Of a stretch of 64,000 nucleotides of DNA, positions 23,118 through 35,500 are shown in pieces. Position numbers and translations under genes: made by a program. The stretch lies in assembly GCA_010093605.1 (NCBI GenBank), contig MU004183.1, forward strand, positions 682,001 through 746,000, read 5' to 3'. The DNA is from Lophium mytilinum. Lineage: Eukaryota. The notes under the pieces are model-generated. The model ran no database searches and was not told the DNA's origin. It worked only from the letters and a program-made list of their open reading frames with translations. Position 1 is the stretch's first letter. Each line of letters opens with the position of its first letter.

Positions 23118-23997
23118 TTAGCCGTTGGGCGATGCCGCCTTTGGTCCCGCTATTGATCCTTCGTGCTCTGTCCGTTCCTTTCGTCTCTGAGCGACATCCC
23201 AATTGTATACTCTCGCCGTGGCAACCTCCAGTGTCTGTTGCAGATATCAGTATTTAACACTGAATTGATTGCCTGAGATAGGCCTACCGTGATCTGTTCC
23301 CTCAGGAAGTCCTGGTCCTCGTCACAGTTCTCTAAGCTTAGTTTGGCTGCGGAAAGTTTAGACTTAAGAAGCTCTTCTGCTTCGGGGATGGGATAGGCGA
23401 GCATGACATTTGCCTGGACGTGAAAAGTCAGCACCAAATTGAGCGGGACCTATGAGAGAAGTATCACATACCCCCAGCCATAGATACACCTCTTCTGTGG
23501 GCGGAACGAGCGCCTTTGCAAACAGCGTGTCATTCAACTCGAAAGTGGTCTCGATGGGATCCAAATCCGCCTGCAATGAACTGTCAGCAATTTCCTCTAC
23601 GATGAGTTCCCAAAGCCCTGCACCTTTCGCGTCTTCAAGAACTGCACCGTCTCAAGCGTCTTCGAGATATCTGGAATTTTGTCTTTGAGCCCCGCAGCGC
23701 GCCTCTGTGTATTGACCTCCATGAACTGATATTTCCTACCCCACATCCAGTGAGCGTTTCTCCGGCACAGGCTGCTGGCTTAGGACTACGCACGATATCA
23801 TCTCCTGGAAGCTCTTGAGGGTGCTCTCGACTTCCTCGCGTGAGGCAACATAGTCCTCGACCTTGTCGACGAAGGGCGCAAATGGGATGCCCCGAGGGTT
23901 GGTCGGCGCATCTTTGCTACTGGGAGGATGTTAGCTTCTGTTGACACCCTTAGAACAGGTTGAACTCTTGCCTCAGTGCTTTGGCGGAAGTAGCCAT
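23118..23997 (-). CDS. PAC10: Prefoldin subunit 3 (Pac10/Gim2/VBP1), 201 aa
   Basis: Exons 23997-23972, 23919-23794, 23735-23624, 23570-23472, 23413-23288 and 23234-23118. Motifs TNPRGIPFAPFVDKVEDY, ETTFELNDTLFAKA, VYLWLGANVMLAYP, FLREQITTLEVATARVYNWDV. Confidence 0.96.
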
Positions 23998-24099
23998 TGA
24001 GGGGCGGTGCACACAGTCAACAGCCCACCAAACCGTAAATCAACGCGATGTCATGTTTAGTTTGCAGTGTTTGCAATGATTTCGGAAGATCTAACGGAA

Positions 24100-25270
24100 A
24101 ATCTTGTCGCCGGCCCAGCACCTGACTCAGCAGCGGAAAGCTTGGGAGCAGTCCGCTCCACCCTCCTTCTCACGCCAAGGAATCAGCTAGTGCGCAACGG
24201 CGTCAACTCTCTCTTGACATCTGCCACGACCAGGGGACAGCTCCATGCTCGTCCCGTCATCGATCCCTCAAAGCCGACAAACCTCCAACCGGCTCCAACC
24301 GGCCCAATTCTCCTCCGCTCGAATAATGCACACTCACCGGCCGCGTTGTCACATCGTGGCTCAAGGGGGCCAGCAGCAGCCGCAGATACGAATAGCCAAC
24401 GCTCGGACGAGTCGTGTTCCGCGCCTGCTGCCTTCCGCTAAGCCGCCGACGTAGCTCCTCTCCCCTGACCCCTCCCACCCGCTGCTTTTCCCTATTCCCG
24501 CTTAAGGGCCCCTCGCAAGCGGTTTTCGTGTCCGCCTTGCCCTGTCTGTCGTCTGTGTCAAGCGCCGGGAAACGAGCTGATCAGCGCCCGCCGCCAGGAG
24601 AACAACCCGGTCAGCGCTAAGCAGTGCGGTTAACGTGAGTGGAAAGCTAGCGAAGAGTGCAGTGTTAGGGTAAGCGCGGCGCCGGACATCTCCACTTTTC
24701 CATCCGGATAGTTGGCGAGGCGAGGTGTGGGGGGAGGAAAAGAGGGAGAGCGGGTGGCTGGCTGGGAGCAAGATTTCTTGACAATGATGACATGGCAATT
24801 CGAGATGTCCATGGTTCTTTGCTTGTTTTAGGTGCTGGCCGCTGAAGATGAAGCAACCAGCCTAAACCGGTCGTGCATTCCGATTGCGCCTTACAGCTGC
24901 AGACTCCCAATATTTGCAGGCTGTTATCGACATTCATTGCAGATCTTGAAAGATGCGCGCTGGGATATTACCCCGAGACCTTGCTGATTCACGACCTCTA
25001 ACAAGCGCCTGTAGGTAATCAGGTGGGTATCAATCCCCGACGGTAAGCCTTGCAGTGAACCTTACCTGCTGCCCTTTGTGGAATCTCACCGTCGCCTTTC
25101 GCCTGAGTCGCCATACATAAAGGGCTATCCCCGGCATATGCGCGACAACATTGGCGCAGCATGCACCTGTCCGCTAGAACAATCCCTAAACAGGAAACGA
25201 GAGTGTGGCACATGCGCCAGCTGCAAGACCCCCTGTTAGCGGTTCGCACCGGCGACGCTGGTTAAATATA
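24100..25270 (+). ncRNA. Candidate telomerase RNA (TER/TR); 5' end unknown
   Basis: No convincing CDS. Complementary blocks: 24368-75/24833-40, 24475-83/24749-57 and 24684-92/24802-10 (the last two cross). Template-like CCCCTGACCCCT at 24462-73, three-way junction at 25156-25224, GTAAGT at 25271. Confidence 0.5.
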
Positions 25271-25981
25271 GTAAGTATTGATTTTGGCGAAAGGACTAGG
25301 CTCCTGGTCTCGAGCATCCATGACGACAGCGGTCCAAAAGGACGTCGAGGATGCGACGCTGTGACACCGGTGTGATTTTGTGAAGGTGGACTGATGTGCA
25401 GCAAGCGACGGGTCTGAGGGCTGGCCTAGCGGAAATTCTCGGCATTCTAAGCCTTGCAAATTGTCAGAGAAACGACACATCATGGCACAGGATTACAAGT
25501 GTCGCAGCCATGATGCCAGTATCCGTCCGTACGAGGTGCTCTGGTACGTCTGTAGCATCTGACTAGCATGTGCACCTAACGAGAAAGTTAGGTCGCAGGG
25601 GATTTTGAAACAATGAATCCGATTGCCAATATATACATTACATGAGATGGAATTATCTCTTCGGAACAACGAAAGGAAAATGTCATGAGTGACAATCTTG
25701 AAAAAGCAAACGCGCGAGAACATGAGGAGGCTAAACAGGAGAAGTATACCCTTTAAGACGCTGAAACCCCGTCAATATGAAACGCCAAATCCCCCCAGGC
25801 TTAGCTAACGATATGAGACATGTAAAAACAACCTGTAACCATGAGATATGAAAAATACTGTGAAATCTTTAATGCATCATCAGCCGAATTCCCAACGCCT
25901 GTCCACCCATCCATGAGACCGCCAATGATATAACAAGGCACTTTGACATAGGAAATTTTCAATCTTGATCACACTCTTAAT

Positions 25982-28900
25982 CTATAGGTGTAGCCCTTGC
26001 TTAATCAATTTGCCGAGGGTAACGCCCTGATGATTGTTAGTTTCTGTAAGATGTTGCAGACTGAAGAGGGTAACTTACATGAGCATCCTTCATCATCGTG
26101 AAGTGATTGCCGCCCATGACGGCGAACTCGAAATTCTCCTTTGGTAATAGCTGTGCCCAGCCATTGTCTGAGAAGTCGGTGCGGTTATTCAGAAGCCACT
26201 TCATGGGAGCAGGATCTTCCTCCTCAGCTGGTGGGGGACGAGGGTCGTCTTCATTTGGGCATACACCGTCTGTGCACCAGATGGCGAAGACTTTAGGTGC
26301 CTTGGAATGGAGCATCGGTTCTGGCTCATACTCCTTTAGGGCGTTGATGGAAGCCGTGAAGTGAGGAAGAAGCCAGCTAGGAGTTCCGCCTGGCTTGCCA
26401 GTACCGAGCAGACCGATCTGGTCGAAGAAGACGTGAAGGCGGGCCGGTAGAGGATCCAGTCTGACGGGGCAGGGTGAATCGATCAAGACAAGGCTCTCAA
26501 CCTTCTCACCAGCTTCGATGAGTTGAAGAGTAACTTCATAAGCCATCACACCTCCAGCGCTCCATCCACCAATGATGTAGGGACCCTGAGGCTGTCGACG
26601 CTTGATCTCATTGAGATAAAGGCGGGAGACACCTCGGACACCACAAGTGAAGTCAGTCGGGTTTTTCATGAAAGGACAGTTCAGTCCGTAGACCGCCATA
26701 TCCGGGGAGATGTTGGGGATAGAGATGTATGAAGTCGCGCTACCAGATCCGTCGGGAACCAAGAAAAACTTTTTGCTGGCGATCTTAGCATTACCCTGGA
26801 GAAGAACAGACGTAGCTGGCGGAAGTTTGGAGAGGTCTTGGGCTTTTTCAAGCTTGCGGTTGACTTCAGCGAGCTGTGGGGGCTTTGGCTTCAAGGTGGG
26901 CTTTGCTTGGGTCTTGACTGGTACCTGAACTTTAGCAACTGGCTTAGGACGCATGCCTAGTTCGTTTTCAACGTCTTCGATGCAAGCGTTGGTGACGAGG
27001 AAAGTTGAGGGCAAGTCGATTCCGGTCTGCTCTCGGAGAGAACTGAGGATGGTCAGACTCATAAGCGAATCCATACCCATCTCAGAAAGGTCGGCTTGAT
27101 CAGTAATCTCAGAAATGTCGACGCCCATCTCTTCGGCTACAATCCGTCGTGCAAGACTGGGACCACCATCGTTGACTTCGGTGGGCTCACTGATATTGAT
27201 TTGCACCGAAGGCTCTTTCCCTGAAATGCTTGCAGCGGAGCTGGGAGCAGAGCTGGGAGGCGTGCTCGCAGACGCCGCTTCGTAGGGTGTGACGAGGTCT
27301 GATGGCTCGTCTGAGGAGTCGGAATCTTCTTCTTCCACAAGAGGAGCTCCTCCGTCGTATTGGGAAAAAAAATTCTTCATCTCTCCAATGGTTGGATAGT
27401 CCGTGAAGAGAGTAGAACTGATCTCCAGGTCAAGGTCCTCGCGAAACTTAGCAGAGATAGTCAAAGACAGAAGAGAGTCAACGCCCAAGTTCTCAAAGGC
27501 TGCCTCATCGACAAGCTCCGACATGGCCATGTCAGTCTCCTCTGCGATGATCTTCATGACGCGAGAAGAGATAGAGTCGGCAGCAGGCTTTGCAGCGCGG
27601 ACTTTGGCCACCTTAGCAGGCTTCGTAGCCTTAGAAGTTTTGGCAGGAGGAGCGAGTTGGGCCTTCGGGGCTGGAGCCGCCTTGGGTTGGATAGCTTTAA
27701 CTGGAGCAGCTCCCTTAGCAGCGGTCTTAGCGCCGACCGGAGGAAGCATGATGTTGAGGACGCGGCGGGGGATTTCCTGAAATTTGAGACCAATGCAGAC
27801 ACCAATGACCTCCTCGCCCTCCAAGAAGTAAACGTCGCCAACCATGAGGTTGCCGGGCTGCGGCTGCATTCGAACGTAGGAGCGGTAATTTCCTTCGGCA
27901 GACAGTTGCTTGGAGAGTTTGAAGTTGCCCCAACCGTGGGAAATGTATACAGACTTTTCAGAGTCAACCAGATCCGAGGCATTGACAATGAAGCCGGAGA
28001 TATGGCAGAGGGAATCGACCCAGTGTGGGGAGCAGTAGAAGTCACCGTCGGCCGGGGTGGACTGGAACTTGATGGATGCTGTGGCCTCAGTTTGCTTGCC
28101 GTCGAGGATGACTTCCTCCATACCCTTGTACTTGTCGTCATATGTGACCAATGCCTTGAACAGCTTGTAGGCCATGCCGCGAAGAACCTTGTGCGCGGCT
28201 CCTGACTGGAGCTTGCCCTTGAGGAGGTCGATCTGGGTCTGAACCATGTACTGGGTCCGGTTCCATTCCTCTTTCCAGACTTCGACATCCTCGTACTTGA
28301 CAGTACCGTAAGCGTGATCGGCAATGACTTTACCAGCGGGAGTAACACTTCGGAACTTGAGATCCACCGTACCGAGCTCAAGGTCAGCAGTAGCCTCGAG
28401 CTGGATGTGCTGTCCTTCTGGAGGTGGCGGCATGATAGCAACAAGAACCTTCGGCACTTCAACCTTGCAGACATTCAGACCAGGGGTAGGAATGTTCGGT
28501 CGGAGTTCCTTCCAGAGATAGTCGGCGGCAGTCAAAGCCATATCAACATACAAGGTAGACGGGCAAAGAGGTGCACCGTTGACCATGTGCCCGGTCACGA
28601 CCTTGTAGAGCTTGGGCTCGGCGAGATCAGATTGGATGACGATGGTACCAGAATTTGCCTGCAGATCCTCGCGCACAATCTTTTGGCAAGATGTAGTGGA
28701 GAGCTTGGAGACGACTTCTACCACAGGCTCGGCCTCCATGATAGCTGCAGCCTTGGGGGCCTCGCCCTTCGTGAGAGTCCAGTTGTTGGTGTAGTCGAGC
28801 CAGTACTTCTTGCTGTCGAAAGAGTACGTTGGGAGGGTAAGCAGCTGATGCGCGCTGTTGAACTCGCGGTGGTATTCATTGAAGTCGATAGCAACGCCTG

Positions 28901-31900
28901 CGAGATACAGGCTGCACAGGCTGGACGCGATGGTCTTCCACGGATCTTCGCTGCGGCGGAGAGAAGGAGCGGTGACAGGAGCGCCGCCGAGCGATGCCTT
29001 GACCATTCCACTGCATACGGGGTGAGCGCCGATTTCCAACCAGGCAGTCTTCTCGTCGAAGACCTTCTCGTCCTTGCCCGTGGACAAGGCAGTCCAGAAG
29101 TTGACCGTCTCCCGTGCGTGGCGTGCGAGGTAGTCAGGTCCGATGATTCCTGCTTCGCGGATGACTTGACCCGTGAGTGGGGAGAGGACCGGAACAGTCG
29201 GCTTGTTGAACGTGACTGAGGACGCAACAGCTTTGAAAGACTCCAGGATGGGGTCAACCTGCGAGGAGTGGAATGCAAAAGGTACATTAAGCTTGGTCGC
29301 TTTTAATCCTTTCGATGCCAAGATATTGCTGGTAGAGTCCATGAGGTCGCTAGTGCCGCAGAGGACAGTCTCCTCAGGGCCGTTCACGCACGCGATCTCG
29401 GTCATGTTTGATCCGAGAGCGGCGGAAATAGCGTCAACACCACCCTTGACAGCGAGCATGCCATGAGTGTAGGCGGTGCAGTCTGCCTCCAAGAGCTCGG
29501 CGCGACGTCCAACCAGTAGGATCATGTCGCTGGCAGAAATGACACCAGCAACGTGAAGGGCGGCATATTCTCCCAGGCTGTGACCAATAACAGCAACGGG
29601 CTTCAGACCCCACGCAGACCACATGCGAGCGAGAGCAACTTGAATGCAGGCCATGCCGAGTTGCACAACGACAGGAGATAGGGTCGTGACGTCGGTGCCA
29701 TCCAAGAGAGGGATGAACGACGGGAAGCCCTGCATGCGCGCAATGTTGTCCAGCTGCTCAATGTCGGTCTTGAAGGAGCTCATCTGCTCATACAGTTTCT
29801 GGCCAAGGGCGGTGTATTGAGAGCCTTGACCAGTGAAGGTGAAAGCAGTCTTGGTGGGAACCATAGCAATCGGGCTGTACGAATCCTTCAGCTGGGCCTG
29901 GAGAGAATCCTTGACCTTCGCGATCTCCGAGATAGGGAAAGCGACGCGGTAGTTGTGTTGGATGCGGCGGGCAGTCGTGGTGTATGACAAGCTCGGCAGG
30001 GTGGTATCCGGGTTCTCCTGGAGGTAGCCGATGAGGTTGACAATGTTGGTCTTCAAAGAAGCAATGGACCTCGCGGAAACAGTCACAATGTGTGCAGACC
30101 TAGGGTCAGCTGCTGTAGGGACTTCGCGGATAGGACCATCTTCGAGGAGTATAGCGGTGTTACCGCCAGCAGCGCTGAAGTTGTTCAAGAAGATGCGGCG
30201 TTTCTCAGCGCCCTTGCGAGGGAACGCAACCTGAGAAGTCGAGATGTGCACGTTGCGCTGACCCAAGTCCTTAGGGAAGGTCTTGTTGATCACACCCTTG
30301 ATGCCGACGTTGGCAGGAATGGCGTTCTTCTTCATCATCATCATCACCTTGATCAATGAATTGATACCAGAAGCAGCTTCACCGTGGCCAATGTTCGCCT
30401 TGATGGCGCCAAGATGAAGCGTTTCCTCAGGGCGACGTTGGCGATGGCGGGGAGCAAATACGTTGGTGACCGATGTCATTTCAATGCCATCACCAGCTTG
30501 AGTGCCAGTGCCGTGCATCTCGACGTAGCTGATACTATGGGCATCAACACCGGCATTAGCAAGAACGCGCTTGTAGAGGAACTCTTGGGCGCCTGCGTGC
30601 GGGTGGGTAATCGAGACTGCTTCCGCGGAGTGGTTGGTAGCGGCTCCCAAGATGCATCCCAGAATGTTGTCGTTGTCGGCGATGGCATCCTCATAACGCT
30701 TGAGAATGACAGTACCACATCCGTCACCTCGGCAGTACCCATCGGCATCATTGTCGTATGTCTTGCATCCACCAGTCTTGGACAAGAACTGGCCTTTGCT
30801 GAGACCAGCGAAAATGTCAGGGTTGGTGAGGACGTTCAACCCACCAGCACAGGCAGTGTCGCAGTCGCCAGCCCACAGAGATGTGCAAGCAAGCTGGATG
30901 GCAGCGAGAGACGACGAGCAGGCGGTGTCGATGCTGTATGAAGGGCCGGAAAACTTGAAGTAATAATTAATGCGTCCCGGGGCGAACGCACGCACACCTC
31001 CAGTGATGAAGTATGTGTCGACGTTTTGGGCCGCATTAATTTCACGCCAATCATCGGATGTTTGACCGTAGAAGGTACCAATCCGGTGCAACTTCGTGGA
31101 AGGCGTCCGGTTTGGCACATAGCCAGACATTTCGAGTGCCTCGTAAGCAGTCGTCAGTGCCAAACGACCCATGGGATCTGTCTGCGCTGCCTCGCGAGGA
31201 GACATGTTGAAGAACCGGGGATCGAAAAGACCAGGCTCATCGATGAAACATCCGTAGGGAGTATGGCTCTTGTTCTTGCCTTTGCCGGAGGGGTCGCAAT
31301 GGGCTTGCGCGTCGAATCGGTCGGCTGGTACCTCCCTGTGAACATCCAGTCCCTTTTCAAGAAGCTCCCAGAGCTTCTCGTGGCTTGCAGCACCGGGGAA
31401 ACGGCCAGAAATGCCAACAATGGCAATCTTGTCGTTCTGGGTGCGGCCTGCGGCATCCTCTGCCTTCAGTGCCCAGGAGGTGTGATCACGAACAGAGATG
31501 TTCGACTGGCCGCCGGCCTTGAGCGCGGACACCAAGCTGTTGGCGATGTTGGTCACACCAATAGCGGCAACTGAACATTCGGCGTTGCTGACGGCGGTGA
31601 TCTGCGAAACAGTCTCCTCCAAAAGACTGTCCCACCTGACCGGCTGCATCAACATCTCCTTCAGCGCGAGTTCGACCAGCTCGAGGGTGCTGGTGGCGGT
31701 GTGGCATTTTCCTGAAGAGGCCGAGTGGACCAGGCTGTACGGGCGGTACTCCCTGAGGAATTCTCGTGTCTTCGGGTCGATGATTCGTGCAACATCAGCG
31801 TCGTTGTATAGATGCTGCGCGTGATAAGGAGCGAAAACGGGAATCGGAACGCGGTGGTTTTTGCTGAACTGCTCGGATTCCTTGAATAGACGCCTGGTCG

Positions 31901-32585
31901 TGGAGGGAGGTCCGCTGATCGTCAGGGCCATCACGCTCACAGCGCTAACGTAAGCCTGGTTGGACACTGGAATGCCAGTCTTCTGGTGGAACTCGGCAAG
32001 AGCTGCTCTAGCTGGTTGCTCCGAGATGTTGGCGACAATGGTGGACCATGGTTCGGTCGAAGTAGCGTCTAGGGCATCCCTAGCCACTCCAACGCAAGAG
32101 CCAGCTCGGAAAGCGACTCGGACGATCTCGACCGCTAGGGGGAGCAGGTCTGCAGGGCTTTTAGATGAAGCAACTGCAGCGCCTGCGAGAAGACCAGTGC
32201 ACAGTCCAAGAATCCGGGCGTTTGAAGGTGCTGGTATTTCGGTTGGGTTCTCGCCGTAGTACCTAAAACATTAGCCGAGCCCTCGACCATTCATGTGGCG
32301 GACGTACCCGATGTAGTGCGCGAGTTGTGCTAGTGTTACCATGCAGCTCTCCAGTTGCGGGATTCGGAGCCCCTTTGCAAAATAGGCTTCCACGAGATCC
32401 GACACCCTAAGGAAGTCTGGGATCTCTGCGCGTTGGGTCCGGGGAAGCTTCTCAATCTCGTCCCGGAGGACCACGCTGACGCGCTCCAAGAAAGTCGACA
32501 GCAGGGCATTGTCCTTCCGCAGAGATACCTTCCGCAGGAGCGGGTACTGGTCGGCCGTTTGATCTCCAAAGATGAGGGCGTTCAT
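25982..32585 (-). CDS. PKS1: Non-reducing polyketide synthase SAT-KS-AT-PT-ACP-ACP-TE (DHN-melanin type), 2168 aa
   Basis: Exons 32585-32308, 32262-26079 and 26026-25982. SAT GLCTG; KS DTACSSS and HGTGT; AT GHSLG; two ACPs (GVDSL, GMDSL); TE GWSAG...NHF. Adjacent to CMR1- and BRN1-like genes. Confidence 0.97.
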
Positions 32586-35500
32586 CTTGTCGTTGCTAAT
32601 CGTCACAGAACTAGGAAAGGGTATTAAGGGTATTAAAAAGAATGAGAAAGGGCAGTCTTGACCACGAGGGCAAGAGCTAGTCGCGAGAAAGAGGTCCCCT
32701 GTGGCGGTGTAGGTGTGTGGCGGTGTGGGTATTCAACGATCGTGAATGGCAGTCTGCTCTATGTGGTAGGAGCGTGTGGACTGAACCTCTATTAAAATAT
32801 TAAAGAGGGGGGACGGGAAGATGGGGCGAGTTAGGGACGATTGGTATGGAATGGATCGAAAGTCACTGGGGATTTGGGCATTCTATATTTGTAGGCCGTA
32901 GAGCGCGATGGCTTGGCGATTTCAGTGAGGAGCATGGGCCTGGGAGTCGTCACAGTGGTGAGGGCAAGGTTAGTGGACAGTGCACGAGGCATGGAATCGC
33001 GCGATGACAAGGCCCACTCGGTCCCGGATCTCTCAGGAGCACAGATACGGGGCTGTTCGCTGCCGAAACGATGTACAGGAGCAACATATTGACGTGAGCA
33101 AGTGAGTGGAGCTCCGCAAAACCCTATTCTGGTTGGTCCTTCCTGTCTCCCGAAAGCTAATGGCGTGCAGAAAGGCAGCGGTTTCTCCGAGTAAGCGTCT
33201 ATGGCTATTGTTAGCTTGGGCGGGCCAGGCAGTGTAGTTCAGCCGCTGAGGTAGCCAGCCAATTGCCCAGGATGATAACAGAGATGAGATGTATGGGTAG
33301 TGGTGACCGTCAAGGCGCTGTCTCGAATGTCGGGTCCCAACTCGGATCCCCATAAGCCGGGGGGTGAGGGCACGGCCGCGTTTGCTACCTGTTATGTCAG
33401 CCAGATGCACATCCCAGGCTTGAAACAGCATAGAGAAATCCTGATCAAGCCTGATGGGCCGATGTAGAGTGCTTCAGCGCAACGGTGGAGCGCCTTGCTG
33501 GCGAGCTATCCGGCTCACGTCCGCTCCAGGATCATGGAGCACAACGCCACGACGAGAACGCCGCGCCAGAGCAGTCTCGCATCGAGTATGCCGTTACACG
33601 TGCTCGCTGGTGGTGACGCTGGACGACTTTGATACTCGAGTGGCCCTGCATCAGTGAGGGCGGCGTACCAGAGTTGTTCCAGCCATCTCGAACCCAGTGG
33701 GCGGGCGGTCAAGCATGGCGGGCCTGGGGCGCTGCTTGCAAGGGCGGTACTGCCACGGCATCGCTGATGCAGTGCCACGGAGCAGAGGGAGGCCTGGAGA
33801 GCCGCTGGTCTCTAACCATAGTGGGATGTCGTCGAGGTACGGGTGGCGAGCCACGGAACGAGCAACATACTAGGAGCTATGGGCGAATTACGGGCGTCCG
33901 ACGTTCATTGAGGCCTCCAGGAACACCGCAAACGGCGGGCTTCTCGGCACGCCAGATACGAGATGGGCATGGCTGCCAGCATTAGGGAGCGTTTGGAGGG
34001 CGGCCAGCGTCGCAGCACTTTCTTTCTAGCGCAGCCCTGGATCAACGACGGACGGCGGCACAAATTGGCCATGACGGAAAGCTCCCGGGGGCTTCAGCAG
34101 CCCTGAGGCGGCCGACGTTTCTCACGACTCAAACAGCGCGCTGCTGAGAATCTGCAGGCCTGTCAATTTCGTGTCGATCATGATTAGCCCCTGGCCCTAC
34201 GCTTCCCCACACGGATACCAGAGCATAGCCGGCCCACGCCAACGAGCTTATAAACGCAGCACACGCTGGGCAGGCGGTGCCCTCCTGGCTGAGCCGTGGG
34301 AGATGCGCCATGGCAAGTCGGTTCTACGCGGTGCTGTTGTCGATCTGCTGGGACGGAGTAGAGAGGGGTGCAGGCCGCTGGAGTCCTGATTCTTCATGCT
34401 GCCGGGAGCCTGTATCAGGGGCGTCAGCAACACCGTGGCTGAGTACCCAACGCAGCCGATGCTGGATGCCGCCCACTGTGGAGCGGAGCCCTTCGTACTG
34501 CAGACGCCAGCCGGGCGCGCAGCCAGAGCGGAGCGGAGGGCCTAGGAGGGGGGAACGCCTCCAGGATGCACGCATTGCACGCATTCCTGTTGCCACTCCG
34601 CTCCTGCGCCGCGGTGGACCTCAGTGATGCCGCGCAGGACGGAAGCAGCAGTCGATGGCCAGATTCTGTGAGGGCTTACAGCGTGCTGGTGGGGCATGCG
34701 GTCGTGGACAGCGAGGACGAGGGTTCGGTTGGCGGTTGTGAGGATTGAGCATGGCGCGGTTGTGTGCTCCGGACATCATGAGGAGTGCCGTCGACGATCT
34801 ACACAGGGGGCCTGCTGCTAGGGCGGAAAAGGTGTGGTGTTCCAAGCCTTACCCCGGGACCTCATATCATCAAGGTTCAATCAACACCATGCCCTGGCTT
34901 TGAGGCCCTCCACCCACCAGCGCTCGCCTGCCGCAGTTGCTGCGCCTAGCCCTGGACGCCTATTGTCTGCTTCTCATGTGCCCCTCAGGCACGCCTTTCT
35001 GCGCCGCCGCGATGCTGTCAGCTTGCTGGCGGCCACCCCTGAGCGCTCCAGCACCGTCGACCAGCCCAGCGGCCTCACTAACCGCCCAGGAATCCCCTGC
35101 AGCCTCATCGTTCGCTGCAACTCGATGAGCTCTATATGTACATCGGAACTACTCCGTCGCTGTCATCGAGATTCCACCGCGCCGTTGGAGACGCCAATCT
35201 GGACATGGCTCCAGCCATGTCGACTCGATGTGTGCTAGTAGAGATCTAATGCAGAACTAACATTACCTGACAGCAGGTCGGTTTGCTGGGAGCCAAAAAG
35301 CATGCCGTTCGCTGCTCGCTGGGGTTGCCGCTGCGTGAATTCTGCACATGTAAAGCTGCCGGGGTGTTCCCCCCGGGAAAATCGTTGGCTCAATATGGCT
35401 AATATGCTTCCTGCGTCAAGCAACATCACTTCCACTTTCCTTCTCAGTCTACTTCTCCATTGCTTCTCTCCCCTCAGTGTCTCCGGACAACATTTCCTGC

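Noticed and set aside
24664..24671. Minus-strand ACCCTAAC as a canonical TTAGGG telomerase template
   Set aside because: A minus-strand TER would run into same-strand PFD3 within ~670 nt, and the order of structural blocks fits the + strand. Kept only as a fallback if telomeres prove to be TTAGGG.
27360..31574. Long + strand ORFs (27360..28205, 28314..29219, 30384..30941 and others)
   Set aside because: Antisense shadows of codon-biased PKS1.
32586..32606. GTG-initiated N-terminal extension of PKS1
   Set aside because: ATG 32585 gives the usual NR-PKS start (M..LIFGDQT).
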